From: Octopus sinensis
Lineage: Eukaryota
NCBI RefSeq assembly: GCF_006345805.1
Contig: NC_043021.1
Location: 15,562,001 to 15,626,000 of the forward strand
Direction: 5' to 3'
DNA length: 64,000 nt
Translations under genes and position numbers: made by a program
In this document: in pieces, positions 1 to 13,070 of the stretch
Layout of the letters: each line of letters starts with the position of its first letter
Position numbering within the stretch: position 1 is the stretch's first letter
The notes under the pieces: generated by a model
The model's database searches: none
What the model saw: the letters and a program-made list of their open reading frames with translations, nothing else
What the model was told of the DNA's origin: nothing

Positions 1-71
1 ATGTCACTAGTAGTGGGGAGGGGGTAGTTAAATTGTAACTGAGATGGAGGTGTCAAACCATACATCTTCAA

Positions 72-106
<35 letters not shown>

Positions 107-395
107 TTGCTTTGACTCAGGTTTGGTCTTATTCATGGTAGGATTTATGTGGGTAGCGGTATCATCTGTAACCTTAGATATCCACAAGTTTTCTATAGTC
201 TTTCAAGTGCTTGGAACCCTCCTGATAATCCTTGCTGTCCCAAAGACACTAACTTTCTGTAGGAGCTCTACTGGGCATTCTATTCCAGTCTTCTTCAGCC
301 ATCTGTCTATATCTTTGCTTACTGTTCTCAATGCACCACTTATTGTAGGCAGCTCTCGTACTCCAAATTCTTCTTATTTCAAATTTTAAGAGATT
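72..395 (-). mobile_element. 3' end of a Dong/R4-clade (RLE) non-LTR retrotransposon, frameshifted, ending in (AAT)n
   Basis: Minus strand gives LKFEIRRIWSTRA, then after a frameshift ISGALRTVSKDIDRWLKKTGIECPVELLQKVSVFGTARIIRRVPST* (stop 203-205). This resembles the R4/Dong C-terminus (IxGALG...LQK..LLGTARI.R.VL). A ~100-bp 3' UTR runs into (AAT)n at 72-105. Confidence 0.75.
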
Positions 396-550
396 GTATA
401 TATATATATATTATATATATATATATATATATTTTTTTTTTTCTACTTTCTATACAATCCTGGAATCAAACGGCCATGGTGGTTTGATAAGTAAGCACCT
501 TGGCTTTATCTTATCTATCATTGTTATGTCCAGTCTATTATCGTCTAACT

Positions 551-596
<46 letters not shown>

Positions 597-1124
597 CACA
601 CGTGTGTATGTACATATATATCCACGAGTACATACATATGTATATATCATGTATATGCATACACACGCACATACATGCAAACATATGTATATATGCACAC
701 ACACACACACACCACACACACACATATAATAAGCTGTATGTTCTAAACAATAATCTGTTGGTAGCAGTCGTCCGTTTCTTATATCTTCGTGTGAGAGGTT
801 AGCATGTGTTGGGCAGCTGATCTTGACAACACTGCTGAGGTTTAATGCTGTCCTTTCTCCACCCATACCTGGAGGACAAACATCAGCTCCATTATGTGTG
901 TGCAGACGATATTTTCATTGGAATGCTTTACCAACAATATTTCTAAATTGTTGGATACATTCAGTTGTAGCCATGGTAACGTCAGATATTAATTATTCCA
1001 CAAGGGCAATTATTGCGACAGATGGTTTCATACATACATGATTATATATGTACAGACACACAACCACACACATAAATACAAATACAGTGTTGCTTTTCCA
1101 TCATTTCTCATAGAAACATGCTAT

Positions 1125-1545
1125 CTCACTGATCATGTTTTGTAAAAGCATATGATATGCTTGAGAAGACCTGTTGAGTCAAGTAAGACCAATATCGTAG
1201 CTGTGACCAGTGACCCCTGACCGGCTTCCATGCTGGTGACATGTAAAAAGCACCATCCATATGTGGTTGATGCCAGCTCCACTGAACTGGCCCCTGTGCC
1301 AGTGGCACATAAAAAGCACTATCCAAACATGATCAATGTGAGACCCACCTGACTTGCTCCTGTGCCAGTGGCACATAAAAAGCACACACTACACTCTCAG
1401 AGTGGTAGGCGTCAGGAAAGGCATCCATCTGTAGAAACATTGCCAGATCAGATTGGAGCCTGGTGCAGCCTCCTGGCTTGCCAGTCCCCAGTCAAACTGT
1501 CCAACCCATGCCAGCATGGAAAATGGACGTTAAAGGATGATGATT
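1125..1545 (+). mobile_element. RTE-type LINE 3' UTR fragment (family D)
   Basis: Repeated GTGCCAGTGGCACATAAAAAGCAC units and a terminus CCAACCCATGCCAGCATGGAAAATGGACGTTAAAGGATGATG, shared with the ORF-bearing copy at 49015-50110. Confidence 0.75.
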
Positions 1546-1742
1546 GTCCATTTGAATAGGAAAAATCCCACAGAATCTTACATTTCGCCAACCCCAGTAC
1601 CCTTTCAACTCAATGATTACACCATGTGTTTCCAGTTTCTGGCAAAGTTTCTAGCGTAAAACCTTTACCACCTGGTCAAGCTTCCATTTCTTATATTCTT
1701 CCTGTGCCATTATTATATTATTATTATTATTATTATTATTAT

Positions 1743-2295
1743 TGAGTGAGAGAGCAGTTCATGCCATCAAAGTGACACTGGGGTAAAATATACGAAGCCC
1801 AATATACCCATCATGACTACCCGTCTGATAAAGGTACACCAGGCACATGCATCACAACCATATGTGCGCGACATGGTGATCTCATATCAAGATAAACAGC
1901 ACATGACCTTGCAGGTGGGGCCCAGTTAGAATTTTCTTCAGGTTGAGTAGCCCATCCCGCTCAAACGGTCCCTGAATAAGGGTTGCTTAGGATGTTGAAA
2001 GAACCACCCATATTTCCAGAGGTGAACTATTCAAACCCCAAAGAATCCCTCTCAACACATGGCTATGATGCTCCCCCACTACTTCTGCTCGTGATCAGAG
2101 ATGCACATATCGTCAGCCACTAAGGGACATGCTCAACTGGTTAAGGTCAAACAACTGACAAGCAAATCTGTGGTATTGAGCAGAATATTTGCTGTAGCCC
2201 ATCTTTTATACCAAGACAAAACAATGTACATGATAACACTTCCAATCAGTTAAGATCAGAAGCCATGAGAGCCACTGCCTGGTACTGCATCAGGG

Positions 2296-2297
<2 letters not shown>
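1743..2297. mobile_element. 555-bp fixed-end interspersed element in (ATT)n (family C), copy 1
   Basis: TGAGTGAGAGAGCAG...GGTACTGCATCAGGGCA with (ATT)n on both sides; the same ends recur at 37467-38022 and 54328-54860. Confidence 0.85.
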
Positions 2298-2344
<47 letters not shown>

Positions 2345-2359
2345 AATAATGCAGCAGCA

Positions 2360-4730
2360 GCAAGCTGGCAGAATCGTTAGCATGCTGGGCAAAATGCTTA
2401 GCGGCATTCCATCTGTCTGCACTTTCTGAGATCAGATTCTGCTGAGGTCAATTTTGCCTTTCATCCTTTCAGGGTTGATAAATTAAGTACGAGTTGAGTA
2501 CTGGGGGGGTTGATGTAATCAAATTAAACACCTCCCCAAACATTTGAGGCCTTGTGCCTATAGTAGAAAGGATTATGATTATTATTATTATTATTATTAC
2601 TACTACTACTACTAAGTTGGTGTTCTTGCAGAATCATTGGCACACATTTCAAATTGCTTAACAACACTTTGTCCGTCTTTATGTTCTGAGTTCAATCTCT
2701 GCTGAAGTCGAATCTGCCTTTCTTATGTTCAGGCTCAATAAAATAAGTACCAATCGGATGCTGGTGGTGGTGGTGGTGAGGGGGGTGTCAATGTAATTGA
2801 CTTACCCCCTCCCCAAAATTGCTGGCCTTGTGCCAAAATTTGAAAGCATTAGGGATGGCAGAGTAATTCAGCATCTTTGCATGAGGTTTACCCAGAATCA
2901 CCCTAAGTGGACTGCCTTACTATCAGGAGGTTCTAATTATTTACCTATTATTTCCCTAATTTCTGTTATCCCTCTGTTACATCCCTCAATGTGCTTAGTA
3001 TCTCCCTTTGACTAATGCAAACCCCACTTTTTTTTTTGTATTTTTCTTTTGTTTTGTTTTTGTGTGCTGTAACCCGTCCTTCGATATTGTCCTCCATGTC
3101 TTGGGCGCTTGTAGCCTTCAAAAAGAAATCATTATCATTATTGTTTTGGCACACTCAGCAAAATACTTAGTGGTGTTTCGCTTGTCGCTACGTTCTGAGT
3201 TAAATTTCTGCTAAAGTCAACTTTGCCTTTCATCCTTTTGGGGTCAATAAATTAAGTACCAGTGATACACTGTGGTCGATGTTATCAATTCATCCCTTCC
3301 CTCCAAAAATGACTGCCCTTGTGGCAAAATTTGGAACGACTATTATGATTACCTCCACCTTACGTAAGGCGGAGGTATTGTTTTCAGTCGCATTTGTTTG
3401 TTTGACCATTGATAAGGTATCTCAAGAACCGCTGGATGGATTCGGGTGCAACTTTCAGGGATATTTGGCCTCATGACTGACCCAAACTGATCAGATTTTG
3501 GGGCCGATCTGGTACTGGACAAAGATTCTGGATTATTTTTCCTGTTTTTTTTTTTTTTTTTTTTTTTTACTTAATTTTTGAGAGCAGTCGGGTTAATTTT
3601 CAGTATTCTCGTTTGTGAGAGCAGTCAAGTTTATTTCAGATATTCTCATTTTAAAAATCATCTCCGGCTAATCATTGAGAGACGTTGGTGTTGCCTTGGC
3701 GGAGGTTTGCACTCTCTGAGTGTTCTTATTATTAGGTCGAGGTCAACTTTACCTTTCATCCTTTCGGGGTTGATAAAATAAGTACCAGTCTTGTACTGGG
3801 ATCGATGTATCAGCTAATCCCCTTCCCATCAACCTTCAGGCCTTGTGCCTATAGTAGAAAGGTTTATTATTATTTTAGGTGGTGAGCTGGCAGAATCATT
3901 AGTGCACTGGATGAAATGCTTAATGGTATTTCACCCATCCCTACGTTCTGAGTTCAAATCCCACCAAGGTCGACTTTGCCTTTCATCCTTTCGGAGTCGA
4001 TAAATTAAGTACCAGTTACATACAGGGGTCGATATAATCGACTTAATCCGTTCGTCTGTCCTTGTTTGTCCCCTCTTTGTTTAGCCCCTTGTGGGTAGTA
4101 AAGAAATAGGTATTTCGCCCATTGCTACGTTCTGAGTTCAAATCCCACCAAGGTCGACTTTGCCTTTCATCTTTTTGGGATTGATAAAATAAGTACCAGT
4201 GAAACACTGGGGTCAATGTAATCGATTCATCCCCTCCCCCAAAATTGCTGCCCTTGTGGAAAATTTTGAAACCATTATTATTATCATTATTAGCACACTG
4301 GACAAAATGCTTAGCAGCATTTCACCCGTCGCTACATACCGAGTTCAAATTCTCCCGAGGTCAACTTTACCTTTCGTCCTTTCAGGGGTCAATAAATTAA
4401 ATACCAGTGAGATACTGGGGTCGGTGTAATCGACTAGTCTCCCCTTCACAAAAATGGATGCACTTGTGGCAGAATTTGAAACCATTATTAAGGTGTTGAG
4501 CTGGTAGAATCCTTTACAACACCAGGCAAAATGCTTGGCAGCATTTTCACCTGTCTTTCAAATTCTGAGTTCAAATTTTGCCAATGTTTGCCTTTGCCTT
4601 TCATCCTTAAGGGGTCAGTAAAATAATTACCAGTTGAGCACTGGGGTCGATGTAATCAACTAGGTCCCCACCCCCACCCCATCCCAAACTTGCTGGCCTT
4701 GTGCCAAAATTTGAAACCATTATTATTATT
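2360..4730 (+). mobile_element. Head-to-tail array of ~7-8 tRNA-related SINE copies (family B)
   Basis: Recurrent GAGCTGGCAGAATCGTTAGC...TTCTGAGTTCAAAT...GAGGTCGACTTTGCCTTTCATCCTTTCGGGGTCGATAAA.TAAGTACCAGT units separated by (ATT)n; B-box-like GAGTTCAAATYC. Confidence 0.85.
3349..3726 (+). mobile_element. Non-autonomous Helentron/DINE-1-like (HINE) element
   Basis: 5' hairpin ACCTCCACCTTA-CG-TAAGGCGGAGGT (3351-3376), sub-terminal GGCGGAGGT (3698-3706), 3' hairpin CACTC-TCT-GAGTG (3710-3722) and an internal T-tract: the canonical HINE layout. Confidence 0.7.
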
Positions 4731-5032
4731 ACTCTCTTTACTCTTTTACTTGTTTCAGTCATTTGACTGCGGCCATGCTGGAGCACCGCCTTTAGTCGAG
4801 CAACTCGACCCCGGGACTTATTCTTTTTTGTAAGCCCAGTACTTATTCTATCGGTCTCTTTTTGCCAAACCGCTAAGTGACGGGGATGTAAACACACCAG
4901 CATCGGTTGTCAAGCAATGCTAGGGGAACAAACACAGACACACAAACACACATACATATATATATATATTGTTATATTTCGGAATGGTCATATTGCCAGT
5001 TTAGCCAATAATTTTTAAACAAATATTTAAAC

Positions 5033-5073
<41 letters not shown>

Positions 5074-5245
5074 CATATATACGACAGGCTTCTTTCAGTT
5101 TCCGTCTACCAAATCCACTTGCAAGGCATTGGTCGGCCCGGGGCTATAGCAGAAGACACTTGCCCAAGATGCCACGCAGTGGGACTGAACCCGGAACCAT
5201 GTGGTTGGTTAGCAAGCTACTTACCACACAGCCACTCCTGCGCCT
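4731..5245 (-). mobile_element. tRNA-derived SINE with central (TA/CA)n microsatellite (family A)
   Basis: Minus-strand head GGCGCAGGAGTGGCTGTGTGGTAAG (A box) ...GGTTCAGTCCC (B box), CORE-like CTTGGGCAAGTG and tail GACTGAAACAAGTAAAAGAGTAAAGAG; ~70 bp of foreign DNA lies in the microsatellite (~4968-5030). Confidence 0.9.
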
Positions 5246-5399
5246 ATTATTATTATTATTATTGTTGTTGTTGTTGTTGTTGTTGTTTTACAATTCAATG
5301 GAGAAATATAGAAGTATAGAAACAGTAACTGGTTCAACACACAATCGTCGGCCAGGAAGTAAGTGCTCTATATTTACTAACTGAGCAGATCTATAATTT

Positions 5400-6130
5400 G
5401 GTGGTGGTGGGTGGTGTGATAATGTAGCCAACGATGGAGATAATGGTGGTGGCAGTGGCGGTCGTTGTCGTTGTTGTAGTAGTAGTAGTATTGTCGGTGG
5501 TTATTGTAATGATTGGGCAGAATCAGCTTAGTGTTGGAGATGTTGGTGGTTATGATGATGATGACAAAACTGGTGAATAAGAGGTGGTGGTGGTGGTGGT
5601 GGTGAGAGGAGTGACAATGACTTACAGCTATGAATTGTTATTGGTAGTGGTAGTAGCAGTAGTAGTAGTAGTAACCTTATTGGTTGTAAATTTACTGCTT
5701 GAGTGAAAGTAGCTTGGTGGTGGTGGTGGTGGTGGTGGCCCTTGTTGGTGGTTACGGTTGAGTGGACTTGTGTTGGAAGGGTGGGTGGGTGACACACACA
5801 CACACACATATGTTGTATGTGTGTGTGTACTAGTCCAGTAAATACATGTGAGTACCACTACTTCCTCCAACACCATCGCGGCCACCACCACTGACTAACC
5901 ATCGCTGCTGCTGCTGCTGTTGTTGCTGCAGTAGTACAGTGACGGCAGCAGGGGGGAAAGGGTGAGGGAGTAGGAGAGGACAGCAGCGGTGGTGGTGGTG
6001 GTGGTGGTCATAGTATTGTTCCTGGTAGTAATAGTACTAGTAGTGACAGCAAGTGCTAGTAGTAATAGTAGTAGTGGCTGTAACAGCAGCAGCAGCATCA
6101 GTGGTGCTCTGTCACTAATCCCTTTGCTCA
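5400..6130. repeat. GC-richer cluster of trinucleotide repeats (GGT, GTA, GCT, CAG)
   Basis: Consecutive (GGT)n, (AGT)n, (CTG)n and (CAG)n tracts read directly. Confidence 0.8.
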
Positions 6131-6567
6131 ATAGACCACATAAACATACATACATCTATTCAGACACATACACACATCTATCTATATACACCACACACAC
6201 ACACACACACCACACACACACACACACACATACGCACACACATATGTGTGTATATGCACTGCTGCTGCAAGCTGTTAACCATCAAACCATCGTTACCGTA
6301 ACAGAGATGCATACCATGTTGCACTTCCGTTCTCTTTTTCGCAGGTGGACTTTACTCCTTTAAATGTCCCGGGTCTGTCAAGCTAATTCGGAGACGTACT
6401 GAGTGCCTCCCCTTATTTTTATCTTTTATAAATTTTTTATAATTTTTTTTTTTAATGACATTTTATTAGGTGGGGGTAGTTTTACTGTTTATAAAATATT
6501 TTGTTTGTGTTTTATATCAAAGAGGACGTGTACATACATACATACATATATACATATATATACATAC

Positions 6568-6603
<36 letters not shown>

Positions 6604-7614
6604 GATGTTATATTTTTAAAGAAAACAGTTGTTTTTTTGGAGCTAAAACAGTCCTAGCTGGAGCTTATTTTTATTGTTCTTGTCATTGCTGTGGTTTAAA
6701 ACGGATATCTTTGTATACACACACACACACAACACACACACACACATTTATATATATATATATATAAATATATGTGTAATAAACATCTGCATACATGCAT
6801 TAAAATCAACAACATCAGCATCATCATTATCAACATCAACACTGATTCCTCATGGAAGACGAAACCGTCTTCAGTAACAACATAACCGCTCTTTTATATT
6901 TCATGGATGGATTAAGGTCAGTTCAAAAATCCTGTAAACTTATCATTATCATTATTATTATTATTAATATAATTATTATTTTATTTGTATGCCACTACTG
7001 CAGTTTAGTACTTACAAAACACGATATATCATTTTAGTAACCCTTTGCACCACCACCCAGCAGCGCCTTTTGCCACCACCACCACCAACCCTGGACCACA
7101 CCCCTTTTCATGCTACCTGAAGCCCCTTTATCAGCACTGCATTAAACCACAGCATGTCTCTCTGTGCCTTTTCCCTTCTCTTTGTCTGTCTCTTCCTAGG
7201 TCTCTCTCTCTCTCTCCCTCTGTCATTCCCTCTCTTTGGTATAACACCTTTCCTTTCACTGTTTCATTATCATTTCATGTTAATAAATATATGTGCATGT
7301 GTGTGTATGTACACGTGTGTGTGTGTCATATCTCTGTAGTTATTTAGCCCCGGGTTCAGTGCTGATTGGGTAGATCCATGATGAGAGACATTCCTATTAG
7401 AACCATCCCCCAACACTAAGACTACGCGAACTAATGTGTCCTTCCTCTTCTTGAGACAGTAGGGTTTCAGAACTTACAGAACATTAGCTGCTATTTCTAA
7501 AAAAGATTATGTGACCATTTAGCTGTTCTTCAATGATTTGAACCTGTATAGGTTTTATACTTTAATGCTAACAGTGTCTAGTTTGTTGCCTCCCAATGTG
7601 TCATATATACTACA

Positions 7615-7780
7615 TATGTATATACACTCAAATCATATATATATATGCATACACACAAACAAGCACACATGTATATACACACAAGTCATATATATATATG
7701 CACACACACATATACACACAAATCAAATATATATATATATACACACAAATCAAATATATATATATATACACACAAATCAA

Positions 7781-7817
<37 letters not shown>

Positions 7818-7950
7818 TGTATGTACACAAATCAAATTATATATATATATACATACACACATGCACAAACACATGTATATATACAAATCAAATAATATAT
7901 ATATACACATATACATACATATACATACATATACACATGTATATATATAT
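7615..7950. repeat. Compound minisatellite (TA)n-CACACAAATCAAA, ~7 units
   Basis: ACACAAATCAAA recurs between variable (TA)n spacers. Confidence 0.8.
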
Positions 7951-8114
7951 GGGTGTAGAAACATTACTTCTCACTGCTGTGGGTTCAGATATAGTCAGGG
8001 TTGATGAGTCATTACATACCAGTAATATACTGCGGAAAGGCCATAAATTAAAGCAGTCCACTTCATTTCATGTCAAAGCATCAATTAGCATTATTCATAT
8101 CAGAATGAACAAAA

Positions 8115-8727
8115 GTTGACTTCTGTCCTTTCGGGGTTGATAAAATAAAGTACCAGTCGATCGCTAGGCTCTTTGTAACTGACTCATTGCTCACCTTGTC
8201 CCAAAATTTGAAACTATCATTATTATTATTATTATAATTATTATTGAAATGTGGTGGATTGCCTGAATTATTGGAACGTCAGGGGGGGAAAAAAATTGCC
8301 TTACTGCATTTGTTTAAATCCAGCTGATGTCAGCTTTGTCCTTTCAGACGTCAATAAAATCGGGTACCAGTCAAGCACCAAGGGTCAGTGTAATCAACTA
8401 AGATCCCTCTCCCCACGCCCACAAAACATTGCTGGCTTTGTGCCAAAATTTGAAAACCACTATTGTTGTTGCCTTTTGTTGTTGTTATAAGGTGACAAGG
8501 TGGCAGAAATTTTGACACACTGGAAAAAGTGCTTAGTGTCACTTCTTCCAATTTTACATTCCAAGTTCAAGTGCTGCCGAGGTCAACTTTGGTTTTCTCC
8601 CTTTGGGTGGAGGGGGTCAATAAAATAAGTACCAGTAGAGCACTGGGCTCAGTGCAATCAACTAGCCCCTTCCCTCTTCCCCCCCTTCCCCCCAAATTTC
8701 AGTTTTTGCGCTTATAGCAGAAAGGAA

Positions 8728-8735
<8 letters not shown>
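8115..8735 (+). mobile_element. Array of ~3 diverged family B SINE copies
   Basis: Same core ...CTTTCGGGGTTGATAAAATAAAGTACCAG... and tails CCAAAATTTGAAA / TAGCAGAAAGG followed by (ATT)n. Confidence 0.7.
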
Positions 8736-8762
<27 letters not shown>

Positions 8763-9555
8763 TCATTATTATCACTGCTACTACTACTACTGCAAGGGTG
8801 TTGGCTAGTTGAGTTGGTAGAGCACCACTGAAGATATTGTGTGCTGTTCAGTTATGTCCCTTTGCAAATCACGCCAGGCTCTACTATACTTTTCCTTCTT
8901 TCCAGAGTTCAATGACCTCTTTCCATTAGCCGTGGATTGACCCTTTCCCACTAGCTAACCCCTTCCATGTAACTGCACCCACCACAAAAAAAAAAACCAA
9001 AAAAAAAAAAAAAAAAAAAAACCAAATATATACAACCCAACATGTATGGCCTTCTGCCCTAGTTAGAAACGTTTCTTAGGGCTGAACCTCAGACAAAATG
9101 CTTTGCAGTAATTAATTACAGCCCCTGTTGTTTCTTCAAATCCAGGTGGTGTCAGATTTTGGGGTTTATTTTTCCTTTCCAGGAGGTTGATTTCATTGAC
9201 TTTGCCGGCCGCTTCTAAGACCAAAACCTGTTGTATTACACCTATGGCTACTACTACTAGCTACTGCTTCACTACACTAAATTTCATTAATAATTTATAT
9301 TTCTGTGTGTCTCTGTGTATATATATATATATGCATATATGCTATACCCTTGAGTTTACACATCCAGACATGTCTTTATTCTTTCTGCCCCATCATCCTT
9401 TATTTTTTCTTGATTATTATATATGTTATATTATATATATATATATATTTATATCATATATAATATATATATATATTATATCATCATCATCGTTTTTTCT
9501 CTTTGATTGTATATCATCATCATATATATTTATAACCATCATCATCATCATTTAC

Positions 9556-9633
<78 letters not shown>

Positions 9634-9924
9634 CATGCATATACACACATAACGTGTATACATTTGTATGTGCTTCTAGTATATACAGACATCTACATAT
9701 ATGTATGTGCATAGCACATACATCTATGTCTATACATAGCCGCATACATAAACACACACACACACACGCTCTCACATACACAGAACCGTATATATTGGTT
9801 ATTCAGCAGAACTACCAAAACACAGCCAAAGACAAATAGTATTTCCCATTGACGTAACTGACCAGGGCCATTCTTGTAGTAGCCGAGTAACTGTCGTATC
9901 AGCACCACCCCAGTCACGCATACA

Positions 9925-9990
<66 letters not shown>

Positions 9991-9992
<2 letters not shown>

Positions 9993-10380
9993 TCTTTTAC
10001 TTGTTTCAGTCATTTGACTGTGGCCATGCTGGAGCACCGCCTTTAATCGAGCAACTCGACCCCGGGACTTATTCTTTTGTAAGCCCAGTACTTATTCTAT
10101 CGGTCTCTTTTGCCAAACCGCTAAGTGACGGGGACATAAAACACACCAGCATCGGTTGTCAAGCAATGCTAGGGGGGACAAACACATACACACAAACACA
10201 CACACACGCACAAGCATATATGACAGGCTTCTTTCAGTTTCCGTCTACCAAACCCACTCACAAGGCTTTGGTCGGCCCGAGGCTATAGTAGAAGACACTT
10301 GCCCAAGGTGCCACACAGTGGGACTGAACCCGGAAACATGTGGTGGTAAACAAGCTACTTACACACAGCCACCTGCGCTC
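9991..10380 (-). mobile_element. Family A SINE
   Basis: Near-identical to 4731-5245. Confidence 0.9.
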
Positions 10381-10411
10381 CTATATATTATATATATATA
10401 CATATATATAT

Positions 10412-10505
<94 letters not shown>

Positions 10506-11510
10506 TTTCATACATACCACATACACACACCATGTACCTGTTTCAGCTCCTTTCTGTACGATATTAGAATATCTCTTAATCTTCTTACTGCGGATATGTG
10601 ACTGCGGAACAAATCTCTCTCTCTCTCTCTCTCTTTCTCACTCTCTCTCTCTCTCTCATTCTTTCTCTCTCTCTCCACAAGTCTTGCCTTGTAGACTTCT
10701 ATCATTTCAGCATCATTACTTTATTGCTTGCTTCTCTCGTATTATGAATGAATGAATGGATGAATGAATGAAATGTGTGTGTGTGTGTATGTGAATTTGT
10801 GTTCGAGTGTATATACTTGTCTGTGTGTATGTGACACATCTTTATGCTTATATGTTTGTGTGTGTATATACTGGGTAACACATTTGTGCATGTATTTTTT
10901 TTTGTGTGTGTTTGTATGAATTAGTCTTTGAGTGTATATATGTCACATGTTTCTGAATGTATCTCTATATGTAAGTGTAGTCATGTACCTAAGTGTTTAC
11001 ATTTGTGTGTGTATATATATACACACACACATATGTATGTATGTATGCATGCAATGGTGGTGCCCCAGCATAGCCACAGCTCGTGAGCTGAAACTAGATA
11101 AAATTTTAAAAAATAATAAAAATGTATTGTATACACACACATCTATTTGCATGTGTTATATATATAAATACATCTATCCAACCATGTATATGTGTGTATA
11201 TATTTGTTTGTGTGTGAGTGTGTGTGTGTGTATATGCTTGCTTGTGTGTGCATGTCTTCACATGTGTGCTAATGTTTGTAGATATTAGAAAATATGCGTT
11301 AGTTTGTTAATATCTTGTAACTTAAAAACCAATCTTGTATTTCTCGATGCCACGAGGAAGCTATTGGGGGAGGAAGAAAAAAACAAGAATTGTGTCTGTC
11401 AGTTTATTATATATATATACATTATATATATACACACATACATACATTTATATATATATATACATATATACATATATATATTATATATATATATAATATA
11501 TACATATATA

Positions 11511-11558
<48 letters not shown>

Positions 11559-11734
11559 CACATATATATATATATATATATAATTTCCATTATAACATTA
11601 ATCAATCTTGTTTTTCAGACTGCTTGTCTGTCTCTACCCTCCTCCTTTTTTAATATGATTTGGCATGAATCTTCATTACTCTCACAGATCAATCCATTAT
11701 TAGCCGTTATGCAGATTTATCATCATCATCATCA

Positions 11735-11772
<38 letters not shown>

Positions 11773-12452
11773 GTATTGCTATCCTATGCTCGCAGAGTCT
11801 TCTTATCTTGGTCAGTTGTTTCATCTTCTTCTTCTCCTCTCCTCGGTGTCTTCAACTCGCTTTCACAAGGTCAAGCAAGTGTGATATCCATTGATTTATT
11901 TATTGTGTGGTGGCCGTGGCTATTATTATATCAGGTAGTATGTGTAACGATCTATTTATATACACAAACACACCCACACACACACATACACACACACACA
12001 TATGCACGTATACACACGCGCGTGTGTGTGTGTATGTGTGTGTGGTGTGTGCCTCTTGCAAAGTTATTTTGATATGGAAGCCACCGCCAGCAGCCCCATC
12101 GCGGCGATTGACGTCATCACCATCGTGGTCGTCATCATCATCATGGTCGTCGTCATTGATGCCATCACCGTTTTTTACTACCAATATGCAATCGATCACC
12201 ATCATTATAATTGTCACCATCATCATCATCATCGTTATCATTAGTCTAGGTAATTAAATTCTTGGACAGTCCAGATAGCATCCCTCTTCCCTTGAACTTG
12301 GTAAATAATCATTTTGTTTGGTCTTCCATAGTTTGTCTTCTTCACTGCTATTATTACTGCTGCTATTACAACTACCACTACTACACTACTACTACTACCG
12401 CCACCACCACCACCTTGCTAACACTATCATTAGCATTTTTACTGTTAGAATA

Positions 12453-13070
12453 GTCTTTTAGTCTTTTATCTGTTTCAGTCATTTGACTGTGGCCATGCTG
12501 GAGCACCGCCTTCAGTCAAGCAAATTGTCTCCCAGGACCTAGTCTTTGTAAATCTTTTCTATCAGTCTCTTTTGCCGAACCGCTAATCTACGGGGGACAT
12601 AAACACACCAACATCAGTTGTCAAGTGATGGTGGGGTGACACACATAATATACATATATATAATATATATATATAGAATATATAATATACATATATATAT
12701 ATATATACATATATATAATACAATATATATATATATATATATTATACATATATAATATACATATAATATATATATGTAAATATATATATATAAATATGAA
12801 AGAATGGAGTTGAAACAACGATTTAACAAAATTCCTTTATTCTCGACATATCCATACTAAGATAATTCATTCAACTACTTATATATATATATATATATAT
12901 ATTATATAATATATACATACGATGGGCTTCTTTCAGTTTCTGTCGACCAAATCCACTCACAAGGCTTTGGTCAGCCCAAGGTTATTCTAGAAGACATTTC
13001 AAGGTGCCATGCAGTGGGACTGAACCCGGAACCATGTGGTTGGTAAGCAAGCTACTTACCACACAGCCAC
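12453..13070 (-). mobile_element. Family A SINE with expanded, interrupted central (TA)n
   Basis: Tail half ~12453-12640 and head half ~12920-13070; unrelated ~80 bp at ~12800-12880 inside the microsatellite. Confidence 0.8.

Noticed and set aside
9165-9260. 5' UTR exon starting at the acceptor TTTCCTTTCCAG|GAG (9182/83)
   Set aside because: Good acceptor but no convincing donor; unsupported without RNA data.
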